In this document: one piece after another, positions 27,452 through 37,170 of the stretch
How positions within the stretch are numbered: position 1 is the first letter of the stretch
How the letters are laid out: each line of letters starts with the position of its first letter
DNA from: Myxococcota bacterium
GTDB taxonomy: Bacteria; Myxococcota_A; Polyangia; Nannocystales; Nannocystaceae
Direction: 5' to 3'
DNA length: 64,000 nucleotides
NCBI GenBank assembly: GCA_039028615.1
Contig: JBCCHT010000013.1
Span: 64,001 to 128,000, forward strand
Made by a program: the position numbers and the translations under genes
The notes under the pieces: generated by a model
Told to the model about the DNA's origin: nothing
Seen by the model: the letters and a program-made list of their open reading frames with translations, nothing else
Databases searched by the model: none

Positions 27452-29167
27452 TCACGCGGCGGGCTGGACCCCGCGCAAGACCCCGCGCTCGGCCAGATCG
27501 GCGAGGAGCGCCGCAATGCGGCCGAGCACTGTCTGGTCCATCGTCTCGCCCGCGGCGGTGGTGCCCGCCTCGATTGCCGCCTGCACGGTCGCGCCCTCGT
27601 CGACCAAGCGTCGCAGGACCTCGGCCGCGAGGGGGCTCAGCGCCAAGGTGCGGACCTCGTCGTCCTCGTCGCGATAGACCAGCAGCTGCGTCGGCTCGGC
27701 CACGGGCACGGTTCGATCGTCCTCGTCTTCGGACAGAGTCTGTACGGCGTGGTCGAACTGCGCGATGCGAACCGCACCGTTCCACACCAGCGGTCGATCG
27801 AGCACCAGCTGCGTGCTCATGTCGGGCGGCGGCGGCGGGTCGTAGGCGGCATCGATCTCCGACTCGATGATCTCCAGGCGAGCGAGGTCGATGAGGTAGC
27901 CGGGCACCTGCGGATCCTCGGCCCACGCCGCTTCGGCCCATTGCACGAACTCGTTCGGGACATCACGAAGGTACCGCGAGCTCGGGGGCGCGTGGTGAAG
28001 CCACCGTCGCAGCGCTAGTGTGAACCCGTCTTCGCCGAGGCGGGCCAGGGTCCGCGGCACGAATGCTCGGGTGACCGACTCCAAGCCACCACGCACGAGC
28101 TTGCGATAGACGAGCAGCCGCTGCGCCCCCACGCGGGCCATGGCGTCCTCGTCGGGCGAGACCACGCCCTGGTTCGTCAGCCACCCGGCGGGGTCGGCCC
28201 GCAGTCCTTCGTCGCCGTCCTCGTCCACGATGATGCGCGACAGCCCGCGCTGAACACCCGCCAGCGATGCAATTCCCGGCACCTCCACCCGCTCGGGCCC
28301 TCGCGGCGCAGGCGTGGCCGAGTCTCGATGGCGAGTGACCGCCTGGTCGTAGACTTCTTTCAGCGCGGCGACCTGGCGTCCGAGCTCGGGCAGCGGCGGA
28401 ATGTCGTGGTCCCGCTCGTAGACGACGGGAAGCGGCCCCGTGCGTTCGATGACCCAGGCCATCAATGACTGCACCTGCTCGTTGACGTCGGTGCCGTGCG
28501 TGTCGATGAGCAGATCGTCGAGGTGAGGCCGCCGGGCTCCGCCCGCGACGTGCAGCTGCACCACCCGTGAAAGCGGCAGCGCCTGCAAGAACTCCACGGG
28601 GTCGAAGCCGTGGTTGTGCGCATTGACGGCGACGTTGTTGACGTCGAGCAGCATCCCGCAGTCCGCTCGCTCGAGGATCTCCCCGATGAGCTGGGCCTCC
28701 GGCATCTGCCCCGCGGGCACCAGGTAGTACGAGATGTTCTCGACCGCGAACCGGCAGCCGAGCGCATCCTGGATGCGGCCGATCTGGTCGACACAACGGA
28801 CGATGGTCTGCTCGTCGTGCGGCAGCGGCAGCAGGTCGTGGAGGATTGCGCCGTCGCTGCCGCTCCAGCACAGGTGATCGCTGTGGAAGGGGCTGCCCAT
28901 GCGCCCGATGAAGCGCCGCAGCTCGGCGAGGTACGTGGGGTCCAGCGGCGTCGTGCCGCCCACGTTCATCATCAAGCCGTGGGTGAGGATGGGGAACCGC
29001 TCGGCGACTCGATCGAGGGCGCCGGGGATCGAGCCCCCGCGGCGCATGTAGTTCTCGGGCGAGACCTCGAAAAAGCCGATCGACTCTGGACACTGCCCAT
29101 CGGCGACCTCGTCGAGGAAGGCCCAGCGCAGGCCCAGGCCCACACCCACGGTAGAGGCGGCAGTCAT
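27452..29167 (-). CDS. DUF692 multinuclear non-heme iron oxidative enzyme (MNIO) fused to DUF2063-like partner domain
   Basis: GLGLR, ENYM, THG, SDHL, DLLPLP, ENIS, LLDVNN, LHVAG, DTHG, ERD; C-terminal half RLLVYR...DVPNEF...DLARLE. Confidence 0.9.
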   Translation of the reverse strand: MTAASTVGVGLGLRWAFLDEVADGQCPESIGFFEVSPENYMRRGGSIPGALDRVAERFPILTHGLMMNVGGTTPLDPTYLAELRRFIGRMGSPFHSDHLCWSGSDGAILHDLLPLPHDEQTIVRCVDQIGRIQDALGCRFAVENISYYLVPAGQMPEAQLIGEILERADCGMLLDVNNVAVNAHNHGFDPVEFLQALPLSRVVQLHVAGGARRPHLDDLLIDTHGTDVNEQVQSLMAWVIERTGPLPVVYERDHDIPPLPELGRQVAALKEVYDQAVTRHRDSATPAPRGPERVEVPGIASLAGVQRGLSRIIVDEDGDEGLRADPAGWLTNQGVVSPDEDAMARVGAQRLLVYRKLVRGGLESVTRAFVPRTLARLGEDGFTLALRRWLHHAPPSSRYLRDVPNEFVQWAEAAWAEDPQVPGYLIDLARLEIIESEIDAAYDPPPPPDMSTQLVLDRPLVWNGAVRIAQFDHAVQTLSEDEDDRTVPVAEPTQLLVYRDEDDEVRTLALSPLAAEVLRRLVDEGATVQAAIEAGTTAAGETMDQTVLGRIAALLADLAERGVLRGVQPAA

Positions 29168-29212
29168 CGTGGCTCCATCATCGAGCCGTGGCTCGCCGGG
29201 AGCAAGGGGCGT

Positions 29213-30004
29213 TCACGAGGCCTTGGGCGAGGCGCTGAACGACAGGCTCACCTGGGCTTCTTCGCCGACCTTGTCGGACAGTGCGCCGAGCGTCTTCTTG
29301 GCCAGCGCTCCGAAACCGGTCCGCGGACGGACATCGTGCTCGGGCAGGGCCACGGCGAAGGGCGAGCGGGTCTTCACGTCCACCCGGGTGGGACGGTCGC
29401 CGTCGTAGTGGAAGGTCGCGGAGAGATCGACCGTCTTTTCCACTTTGTGCTGATGGAGCAGGAACTCGCCCTTGACCGTCAGCTCGACCTTGCGTTCGGC
29501 GCCCGACAGCGACGCGGGGGAAGCCGAAGCCTCGACCACTTCCTGCAACGAGAACTGTACGCGGCGGTTCTTGGCGAGCTGATCGGCCGGAGCGTCGTCG
29601 CCGATCTCGAGCCAGTCCTGCATGTGCTCGTTCTGTAGCTCGGATTTCTCGCGCTCACCGTACTTGCCCGCCTCTTCGGCCTTCTGCATGAAGATCTCGA
29701 GGTCGCTGATGTCGACCGCGATGAGCCCCGTGCTCTGGGTCAGGTCGTGCAGGTCGATGTGCAGCGAGCCGGACAGGGCCGAGTCGGGGACGCTGCCTTC
29801 TTGGCGCTCGAACGGGGCCTGCATCTCGAAGCCGACCTTGGACCCGCCGCTTTGGACCATCCACTCCATGGCCGCGGCGCTCTTGGGCTGGGCCTCCTCC
29901 AGCTGTTCGGCCTTGGGGGCGAGCTTCACGTCCTCACCTCCACAGGCCACGGGCAGCGCCAAGACGGCGAACAACGACGAAGTGATTGCGATGGTGCGCA
30001 GCAT
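29213..30004 (-). CDS. YceI-like lipoprotein
   Basis: Lipobox PVAC; SKVGF, NEHMQDWLE, VKGEFLLH beta-barrel motifs. Confidence 0.7.
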   Translation of the reverse strand: MLRTIAITSSLFAVLALPVACGGEDVKLAPKAEQLEEAQPKSAAAMEWMVQSGGSKVGFEMQAPFERQEGSVPDSALSGSLHIDLHDLTQSTGLIAVDISDLEIFMQKAEEAGKYGEREKSELQNEHMQDWLEIGDDAPADQLAKNRRVQFSLQEVVEASASPASLSGAERKVELTVKGEFLLHQHKVEKTVDLSATFHYDGDRPTRVDVKTRSPFAVALPEHDVRPRTGFGALAKKTLGALSDKVGEEAQVSLSFSASPKAS

Positions 30005-30081
30005 AGGTCTCGACTCGAACTACGCCCGAAGTGCCCCAGGGGTTACCGGTCGTGGCGTTCGTCCGGGTAGACTCCGCCTCG

Positions 30082-30693
30082 GTGCCCAAGCGACTGCGAT
30101 ATCCGGCGACGTCTCGCAACCGAGAGGTGATTTTGGAGGTCCTGCGCGGCTGTTTGCCGCCCCAGGGCCTGGTGCTCGAGCTGGCCTCGGGCTCCGGGGA
30201 GCACGCCGTGACCTTTGCCGCGGCGCTGCCCGGCCTGCGCTGGCAACCCACCGACCCGGAGCTCGCCGCCCGCGAGAGCATCGCGGCGTGGACCGAGCAC
30301 GAAGGGTTGAGCAACGTCGCGGCGCCGCTGGACCTCGATGCGACGCGCTGGCCTTGGCCGGTCACCGAAGCCGACGCCATCGTGTGCATCAACATGATCC
30401 ACATCGCACCGTGGGACGCGACGCTCGGGCTGCTGGCGGGCGCGGGCCAGGTCCTCGGGAACGGGGCGCCGCTGCTGCTCTACGGTCCGTACTACGTCGA
30501 CGGGCAGACCGCTCCGAGCAACGTGGCGTTCGACCAGTCTCTGCGGAGCCGCAATGCGACGTGGGGAGTCCGGGAGCTCAGCGAGATCGAGCGCGAGGCG
30601 AAGCCGCACGGACTGACGCTCGCGTCGGTGGTGCAGATGCCGGCCAACAACCTATGCGTCGAGTTTCGCAAGCAGGACGGAGCGAGCTCGTGA
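30082..30693 (+). CDS. DUF938 family SAM-dependent methyltransferase
   Basis: RNREVI, LELASGSGEH, WQPTD, INMIHIAPW, YGPY, SNVAFDQSL, MPANN. Start may be 30031 or 30052. Confidence 0.9.
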   Translation: MPKRLRYPATSRNREVILEVLRGCLPPQGLVLELASGSGEHAVTFAAALPGLRWQPTDPELAARESIAAWTEHEGLSNVAAPLDLDATRWPWPVTEADAIVCINMIHIAPWDATLGLLAGAGQVLGNGAPLLLYGPYYVDGQTAPSNVAFDQSLRSRNATWGVRELSEIEREAKPHGLTLASVVQMPANNLCVEFRKQDGASS

Positions 30694-31547
30694 CGCGGGG
30701 GCGAGTCGGCGGCGCCCTGGTGGCGATGCTGTCGACCGCCGCATGCGGTGAGCCCCAGCTCCCTGCGGGGTGGACCACGGAAGAGTCGATGGCCTTCCAG
30801 CGCGAGCACGATGCGGCGATCGGGGCCCAGAGCAGTCCGCTGTCCGCGATTGCCTCGCACTACGTCAGCCCGGGCGACTCGCTGACGCTCGGGGTCGTCG
30901 ACGGCACCCTGGTGACCGACACGGGCGGGGAGGGGCCCACGCTTCGCCTCGAGGTGACCGACGCGGGCGCACGCTGCCTGACCGGCTGCGGTCCCGAGCC
31001 GCTGGCGCTGACGGAACGCAAGACGCTCTCGCTCGGCCGCTTCATCCTCGAGACGAGCCCCCAGTCGGGCACCTTGCGGGTCGTGGCGCACGATCCGAAG
31101 GCCCCGGCCCGGGTCGCGTACAAAGGCGTGCCGTGGTTTTCCGCCGACGCGAGCTTCATCGTGCCTGCCCGTTTCGAGCCCGATCCCGCGGGGGCGAGCG
31201 TCGAGCTTTCGACCACGCGGGGCCTGACGAAGGCGTTTGAGCGGGCCGGGGTGTTCGAGGCGAAGGTGCAGGGCAAGCCGATTCGGCTCGTCGGCTATGG
31301 TTCTGGTGAGCCGGGACAGCCGCTGTTGGTGCCGCTCACCGATGAAACCTCGGGGACGGACTCGTATCCCGTGGGACGTTATCTACAGGTCGTGGTGCCG
31401 AGCAGCGGTCCGGCCGTCCTCGACTTCAATCGCCTCACCAACCCCTGGTGCGCCTATAGCGAGCACTACAACTGTCCCGTGCCTCCTGCGGACAACGCAG
31501 TGCCGGTCGCACTCGAGGGCGGAGAGAAGATCTTCGGACCGCACTGA
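30690..31547 (+). CDS. DUF1684 family lipoprotein
   Basis: GTG overlaps the upstream TGA; TDETSGTDSYPVGRYL, LDFNRLTNPWCAYS...CPVPP, GGEK. Confidence 0.88.
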   Translation: MTRGRVGGALVAMLSTAACGEPQLPAGWTTEESMAFQREHDAAIGAQSSPLSAIASHYVSPGDSLTLGVVDGTLVTDTGGEGPTLRLEVTDAGARCLTGCGPEPLALTERKTLSLGRFILETSPQSGTLRVVAHDPKAPARVAYKGVPWFSADASFIVPARFEPDPAGASVELSTTRGLTKAFERAGVFEAKVQGKPIRLVGYGSGEPGQPLLVPLTDETSGTDSYPVGRYLQVVVPSSGPAVLDFNRLTNPWCAYSEHYNCPVPPADNAVPVALEGGEKIFGPH

Positions 31548-31602
31548 ACGGGTCCCTTCGTTGGTGGCCCATGGCCTGCTTAGGCTATGCTGCGGGTCCA
31601 CC

Positions 31603-32475
31603 ATGGCACCCAACGAACTCGACGCCGTGCTCACCTATGTCATCTGGGCCACCTTGGGGGGGCTCGGGTTGGCGCTGATGCTGTTTGTCGTGGCCAAGGT
31701 CGGTGACCGCTCGGCCCGAGCCGCCGGCATCTTGGCGGGCCTGTCCGCGTTCCTCTACGTGGGAGCGGGCGTGGCCGGAGCCGCGATTCGAGTGGAGATG
31801 GGGGTCACCTCGGGCGACGCAAAGCCCGACGCCAAGGGCAAGACGCCGCCCGTGGCCGAGCCCGCACCCGAGCCGAAGCCCGACCCGGCCATCGATGAGG
31901 CGGCCAAGCGCCTGAGCGAGGCGGTGGCCAGCGAAGACTGGGATGCCGCCGGGCAAGCCCACGACGCCCTGAAGGCGCTCGACGGAGCGCATCCCGACCT
32001 CGCGCCGGCCATGGCCAAGATCGAGGAAGGTCGCGCGGCCGCAGCGGGTGGTTCGGGCACGGGGGGTAGCTCGGGCACCGACGGCGGCTCCGACGAGGGC
32101 TCCTCGGACGACGGGTCCACGGGCGAGGCCGAGACGGGCGAAGCCGTTCCCGAAGAGGTCGAGCCGATCGAAGAAGAAGTCGCGCAGCCGGCCGAGCCGG
32201 AGCCGACCGGTCGCAGTCGTCGACGTCGTCGTCGACGCCCGCGCCCGCGTCCGACTCCCGCCGGAGACGGTGGTGGAGACCCGCCGCCGCCCGCCGAGCC
32301 GGCGGAGCCGACCAAGCCGGAGCCCGTGAAGCCCGAGCCGGTCAAGCCCGACCCGAAGCCGGAGCCCGCGAAGCCGGAACCGGTCAAGCCGGAGCCAGCC
32401 AAGCCCGAGCCCAAGCCGGAGCCGGCCAAGCCCGATCCCAAGCCGAGCGTGCCCGAGCCGGGCGCGGGCGGCTGA
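31603..32475 (+). CDS. Hypothetical membrane protein with Pro/Glu/Lys-rich tail
   Basis: Two TM helices, Arg run, (K)PEP(A/V) repeats near 32280-32460. Confidence 0.7.
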   Translation: MAPNELDAVLTYVIWATLGGLGLALMLFVVAKVGDRSARAAGILAGLSAFLYVGAGVAGAAIRVEMGVTSGDAKPDAKGKTPPVAEPAPEPKPDPAIDEAAKRLSEAVASEDWDAAGQAHDALKALDGAHPDLAPAMAKIEEGRAAAAGGSGTGGSSGTDGGSDEGSSDDGSTGEAETGEAVPEEVEPIEEEVAQPAEPEPTGRSRRRRRRRPRPRPTPAGDGGGDPPPPAEPAEPTKPEPVKPEPVKPDPKPEPAKPEPVKPEPAKPEPKPEPAKPDPKPSVPEPGAGG

Positions 32476-32599
32476 ACTCGACCCGATCGGCAGCGGGGCC
32501 TGCGGCGAGCGAGTCCTCGTCGTCGCGGTGTACGAAGCCCGCTCGTCAGCGTTCTGGCCCGTCACGGATGGCCCGCTGACGCGTTTCGTCCCGTGTCGG

Positions 32600-33253
32600 T
32601 CAGGCGCCGATCGTCGCGGCGAGAATCAGCTGCGCGACGTAGTACAGCGGCAGGCCCCACAGGCGATTGCTGTACTCGCGCCGCACGAAGCGGTCTCGAG
32701 CCACCGACAGGTCCGACAGATAGAACGCGACCGCTCCGATTGCGATCCACACGGTTCCGCCCTGCGCGGTCGCGGCCACGGCCAGCGCGACCATCACCGT
32801 GATCACCATGATGTACGCGTCGACCGGCTTCCGCATCCCGCTGGGCACGTGCGGCGTGAGCCAGTGCCGGACCACGAGGGCCGGGGCGAGCAACGCCAGC
32901 GCCGTGCCGAGAAACCACGCGGACGCAGTGCCGTGCACCCAAAAGGCGACCCCGAACGCGACATGTCCGAACAAGAACGCACCCAGCCCCGCCAGGAACC
33001 AGCCCTGACGTCGCGAGAGCAGGCAGACATCGCCGACCCACGACAGCACCAGGGCGCACAGCACCGCGGTCCCATACGCGCTGTCGAGCGCGTCCATCGA
33101 CAGCGCGGCCAGGATGAAGCCGGTGGAGGCGATCGGCTTGGCGATGCGAATCAGCGGGCCGTGCTCGCGAGCCTCGGCCCAGAGCACGACCGCGAGCGCG
33201 GCCATGGTGATGAGGCAGGGGAGCAGCATGGCCCCGGCATCAAAGCACGTCAC
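32600..33253 (-). CDS. YhhN/lysoplasmalogenase family membrane protein
   Basis: AKP, GDVCL, FLAGLGAFLFGH, FYLSD, YYVAQ. Start may be 33229. Confidence 0.88.
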   Translation of the reverse strand: MTCFDAGAMLLPCLITMAALAVVLWAEAREHGPLIRIAKPIASTGFILAALSMDALDSAYGTAVLCALVLSWVGDVCLLSRRQGWFLAGLGAFLFGHVAFGVAFWVHGTASAWFLGTALALLAPALVVRHWLTPHVPSGMRKPVDAYIMVITVMVALAVAATAQGGTVWIAIGAVAFYLSDLSVARDRFVRREYSNRLWGLPLYYVAQLILAATIGA

Positions 33254-33269
33254 CGCCGCTCGTCGCGGG

Positions 33270-33461
33270 TCATTCCGCGTCTTTTTCGGTAGGCGCGGGC
33301 GCTTCGGCTCCGGCCTTCGCGGGGGCGGACGCAGCCGGCTTGGGAGACTTCGTTTCCGGGCTCGGCTCGGGCGCCGGAGTGCTGGTCGCCTGCCAGACGT
33401 AGTAGGCGATCAAGATGAACGCAGCGATGGCGGGCAGGACGTAGACCTTGGCGCGCTCCAT
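33270..33461 (-). CDS. Small single-pass membrane protein
   Basis: GGAGG RBS before ATG, one TM helix, Pro/Ala-rich tail; lies just upstream of the YhhN gene. Confidence 0.65.
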   Translation of the reverse strand: MERAKVYVLPAIAAFILIAYYVWQATSTPAPEPSPETKSPKPAASAPAKAGAEAPAPTEKDAE

Positions 33462-33506
33462 GGGCCTCCCGAAGATACCTCGCCCGACCGAGTCCTTCGA
33501 AACGAC

Positions 33507-33538
33507 TCGACCCGAGCGATGATCGTCGCTCGGGTCGA
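33507..33538. terminator. Intergenic hairpin (terminator or stabilising stem)
   Basis: TCGACCCGAGCGA...TCGCTCGGGTCGA 13-bp inverted repeat downstream of the gene ending at 33565; weak T-tract. Confidence 0.5.
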
Positions 33539-33564
33539 AACGGGCGGGCCCGGGGCCCGTGCGG

Positions 33565-34896
33565 CTAGCCCTGCGGGCCCACCGAGTTGGCGAGGCCGAA
33601 GCCGGTCATGTCGGAGTAGGTGTAGGGGCTGTTGAGGCCCTCCACCGTGTCCACCGTGCCGGTCAGGGGGTCGACGCGATAGGCCCGGGTGTCTCGCGAG
33701 GCGCCCCAGACATAGCCCTCGAAGTCGATGCTCGTGCCGTGGATGCTGCTCGGGATCGGCCAGTTGTAGTCGAGGCCCATCGTGTTGAGGTTCACCCCGC
33801 GCACGTTGCTGGAGCCCGCGAGCCAGATGTGGGTCGCGTCGGCCATGCACCCGGTGGCGCTGCCGCCCGTGTTGCCCGTGCCTTGGGTGTCGAAGGTCCC
33901 CGTGGCGTAGTTGAAGCGCGCTACACCGCCGCCGCCACAGATCCACGCGCGGTCCATGTTGTCGACCGCCATGCCGTAGCCGGAGATCGGCATCGGCCAG
34001 ATCTCGTAGGCGGCGGGGTTGTCGATGGGCACTCGCACCAGGCGGCCGGTGCCGAGCTGCGAGAACCAGAAGTTGCCCTGGCTGTCGGAGGCGCCGCCGT
34101 AGGCCCCGAAGGAGTCGGCGTTGGTGCCGTTGACGGTGACCATGTCCACGACCATGCCAGTGTCGCCGTCGAGGCGCAGCACGTCGACGCTGGTGCCCCC
34201 GTTGTAGCCGGAGGTCCACACGTACTCCTGCTCCCACTGGCAGTTGGCCTCGTTGAACACGCCCGGGGTCCAGGCGATGGGCCGCTGCGAGTTGTAGGCG
34301 AGGTTGGTGGACCACGCCATGCAGCCGTCGGAGCCGAAGGGGTAGACGTCGCCGGGCCCGGTCGAGGTGTTGACCGGGTCGGGGCAGTCGTAGGCGTAGA
34401 ACTTGGTGATGCCGCCGGAGCGGTTGGCCACCGCCATGTGCCCAGAAAGCGCCACCGAGGTTCGCGACGGGTTACCGAAGGTGTCGCGCGTCTGGTAGCG
34501 GCCCTCTTCGACGAGGGTCTGGGTGTTGATCTTGGAAATCGTGCCCTCGGGGCTGTTGGCGATCCAGATGTACGAGAAGTCCTGGCCACCCACGCCCTGG
34601 CCGGCCCCGCCGCAGGGGAGCTCGCCGTCGGGCGGGCCCACGTCGAACTTGGGAAGGCCGCCGTCGTTGTCGTCGCCCGCCGAGCCGCCGTCGAGGGAGT
34701 CCTGCTCGGTCCCGCCCTGACTCTCGCCGTCGGTGTCGACGGCATCGGTGGCACCATCGTCGAGACCCGCGCTCTGAATGCCCCCGCCGTCTCCGCTACC
34801 GTCGCGGCCGTCGCCATCGCCTCCACAGGCGCTAAACAGGCCCAGGCTGAGTGCGGCACCAACGAGTGTTGCGGAAGAGGGGATACGATGGGACAT
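33565..34896 (-). CDS. Myxobacterial lipoprotein with beta-propeller-like (Vgb-lyase-like) domain
   Basis: Lipobox FSAC, Gly/Asp linker ending KFDV, YIWIANS, PSRTSV, C-terminal PYTYSDMTG. Confidence 0.75.
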   Translation of the reverse strand: MSHRIPSSATLVGAALSLGLFSACGGDGDGRDGSGDGGGIQSAGLDDGATDAVDTDGESQGGTEQDSLDGGSAGDDNDGGLPKFDVGPPDGELPCGGAGQGVGGQDFSYIWIANSPEGTISKINTQTLVEEGRYQTRDTFGNPSRTSVALSGHMAVANRSGGITKFYAYDCPDPVNTSTGPGDVYPFGSDGCMAWSTNLAYNSQRPIAWTPGVFNEANCQWEQEYVWTSGYNGGTSVDVLRLDGDTGMVVDMVTVNGTNADSFGAYGGASDSQGNFWFSQLGTGRLVRVPIDNPAAYEIWPMPISGYGMAVDNMDRAWICGGGGVARFNYATGTFDTQGTGNTGGSATGCMADATHIWLAGSSNVRGVNLNTMGLDYNWPIPSSIHGTSIDFEGYVWGASRDTRAYRVDPLTGTVDTVEGLNSPYTYSDMTGFGLANSVGPQG

Positions 34897-35072
34897 GGCG
34901 TGGGACTCCTCGAGGCAGGGGGGCGCGCTGCGCGTGCGCATAGACCGGGCCCGCTACCTTGGACACCGGAGACGGTGAGACTTCCGGTGCAAACGTGGGA
35001 AAATGTGGTGAAGTTTCACTCATGTCCCCGCGAAATGGCTCGCGGGGACTACGGGATGGCTCCAGCGTCGGA

Positions 35073-36488
35073 TCAGCTCTTGGCGTCCGCGTCTTCGCTT
35101 TCGGTATCGGGCGTAAGGAGCGTTTCTTTGATTGCGTCGAAGAACGCGCGCACGCCGAAGACCTCGCCGCCATTGGGTCGACCCGGACGGTTGCCGCTGT
35201 TCCAGCCCATCGTGTCGACGTGAGCCCAGCGCTGGCCGTCGGGGACGAACTCCTTGAGGAACAACGCGGCCGTGATCGCGCCGCCTTGGCTGACGCTGGC
35301 GATGTTGTTGATGTCGGCGATCCGGCTGTCGAGGTGGCGCCGATAGTCCTCGTGCAGGGGCATGCGCCACAAGGGATCGGTGCGCCGCTTGCCCGCGCCG
35401 AGCACTGCGTCGGCGAAGTCGTCGTCGGTGGAGAATAGGGCGGGCAGCTCGGTGCCCAGCGCGATCCGGGCCGCCCCGGTCAGGGTGGCGAAATCGATGA
35501 GCAGGTCGGGCTCCTCGGTGACCGCTTCGGCGATCGCGTCGCACATGATGAGCCGGCCTTCCGCGTCCGTATTGCCGACCTCGACCGTGATCCCGGCGCG
35601 GGTGGTGAGCACGTCGCCGGGCCGATAGGCGTTGCCCGCCACCGAGTTTTCCACGGTAGGGATGAGCACGCGCAGCCGCACGGGCAGGTTCGCGCCCATG
35701 ATCATGTGGGCGAGGGCGAGCACCGAGGCGGCGCCTCCCATGTCCTTTTTCATGAGCTTCATGCCGGTGGCGCTCTTGAGATCGAGGCCGCCGCTGTCGA
35801 AGCACACCCCCTTGCCGACCAGGGTCAGCTTGGGGGCCTCGGGATCGCCCCAGCGCAGGTCGGCGAGGCGAGGTCCGTTGGTCGCGGCGCGGCCGACCGC
35901 ATGAATCGTGGGGTAGCCCTCCTCGAGCAGGGCATCCCCCGCGATGACCGTGACCTCGGCGCCATGCTGCTCGCCCAAGGTCTCGACCGCGGCCGCGAGC
36001 TGCTCGGGGCCCAGGTCCGACGCGGGGGTGTTGATGAGATCTCGACCCAGGGCGATCGCTTCGTAGGTGCGCTCGACCGTCGCGCGATCACAATCGTCGG
36101 GGAACACCAGCTTCGGCGCGCTCTTGCTCGGGGCGTCGTAGTAGCGGGTGAAGCGGTAGCTCGACAGCGCCCACGCCAGCGCCGCGGTATCGGCCAGCTC
36201 GGGGGCGAGAGCGTCGTAGCGATAGCGGCCTTTGGGGAGTCGCTCTCGAACCCCGGCAAAGGTCCAGAACTTGGGCGTACGGCCCAGTCCGAGCACGGCG
36301 ACGGCGATCGAGCCATCGCGGGCAGGGATCAGCGCGAGCCTCCCCGTCTCTGCCTTGAAATCGGTGCTCTTGAGCCAGCCCTGGGTCAGTTTGGACTGTT
36401 TCTTCAGCCAGGCGCGATAGGCAGAGGTCGTCAGAGCGCGAATCGGGACCGTGCGCGCATTGGGTCGGGCGGCGAAGCAGTCGAGCAT
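35073..36488 (-). CDS. M17 leucyl aminopeptidase family protein
   Basis: VGKGVCFDSGG, MKKDMGG, NTDAEGRL, DFATLTGA. Confidence 0.95.
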   Translation of the reverse strand: MLDCFAARPNARTVPIRALTTSAYRAWLKKQSKLTQGWLKSTDFKAETGRLALIPARDGSIAVAVLGLGRTPKFWTFAGVRERLPKGRYRYDALAPELADTAALAWALSSYRFTRYYDAPSKSAPKLVFPDDCDRATVERTYEAIALGRDLINTPASDLGPEQLAAAVETLGEQHGAEVTVIAGDALLEEGYPTIHAVGRAATNGPRLADLRWGDPEAPKLTLVGKGVCFDSGGLDLKSATGMKLMKKDMGGAASVLALAHMIMGANLPVRLRVLIPTVENSVAGNAYRPGDVLTTRAGITVEVGNTDAEGRLIMCDAIAEAVTEEPDLLIDFATLTGAARIALGTELPALFSTDDDFADAVLGAGKRRTDPLWRMPLHEDYRRHLDSRIADINNIASVSQGGAITAALFLKEFVPDGQRWAHVDTMGWNSGNRPGRPNGGEVFGVRAFFDAIKETLLTPDTESEDADAKS

Positions 36489-36690
36489 GGAGCCAGACGC
36501 TACCGCGTTTCATGCGCTGCACCCAACGCCTTTGCACGGGGACTTGGCGGGGAAAAAGGGCCGTAACGCCGATTTGATGGCCGTGTCGGGTAGATCGTCA
36601 CCCTCGGTCGGGCCGCGGGGCGGCATGGTCGAGCGGATCGACTACGACCGCCATGAGCCGTGGCACTGGCACGATGGGGGGGCGGCGAGG

Positions 36691-37170
36691 TCATTGTCCG
36701 CAGTGGCAGGCCGCGTCGTATTGCTCTTCGGGGGGAATGCCCTCGGGGGGAGCATCGGCGAGCGAGACGGCGGGGCGGCACCCGAGCGAGGGCCCGATGT
36801 CGCGACACACGGCCTCGCACGGGTGTGTTTCCCAGCGCTGTTGGCCGTTGCACGCCAAGAGGGTCTGGTCGTCCTGGCACCGGAACTCCCCGGGGGTACA
36901 GGCGAAGGGCGCCGCATACTCGCAGTAGCAATCGGCGCTGCCGAAGATGTTCCGCTGACACCAGGCGCCCACGGCGAACTCCCATTTCACCCCGCACAGC
37001 TCACTGCAGGACGTTCGCTCCCACTTGCGGTCGACGCATCGCTGGATGCGGTCGTCGTCGAGGCAGCCCGCGAACTCCGTGTGGCAAGGGTCGCCTTCAC
37101 CCATCAGGTACGGCGCACGCGCTTGGTCGCACGCCACGAGGAGCAGCAGGGCCAGCGCGGACCGTCGCAT
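36691..37170 (-). CDS. Cys-rich lipoprotein with two 8-Cys repeats
   Basis: ATG at 37170 overlaps the upstream TGA; lipobox LVAC; 16 further Cys in two matching modules. Confidence 0.75.
   Translation of the reverse strand: MRRSALALLLLVACDQARAPYLMGEGDPCHTEFAGCLDDDRIQRCVDRKWERTSCSELCGVKWEFAVGAWCQRNIFGSADCYCEYAAPFACTPGEFRCQDDQTLLACNGQQRWETHPCEAVCRDIGPSLGCRPAVSLADAPPEGIPPEEQYDAACHCGQ

Noticed and set aside
36691..37170. Cys-rich lipoprotein as the precursor for the DUF692 enzyme
   Set aside because: It lies 7.5 kb away in another unit, and the even Cys count per module suggests disulfides. There is no positive evidence for a link.
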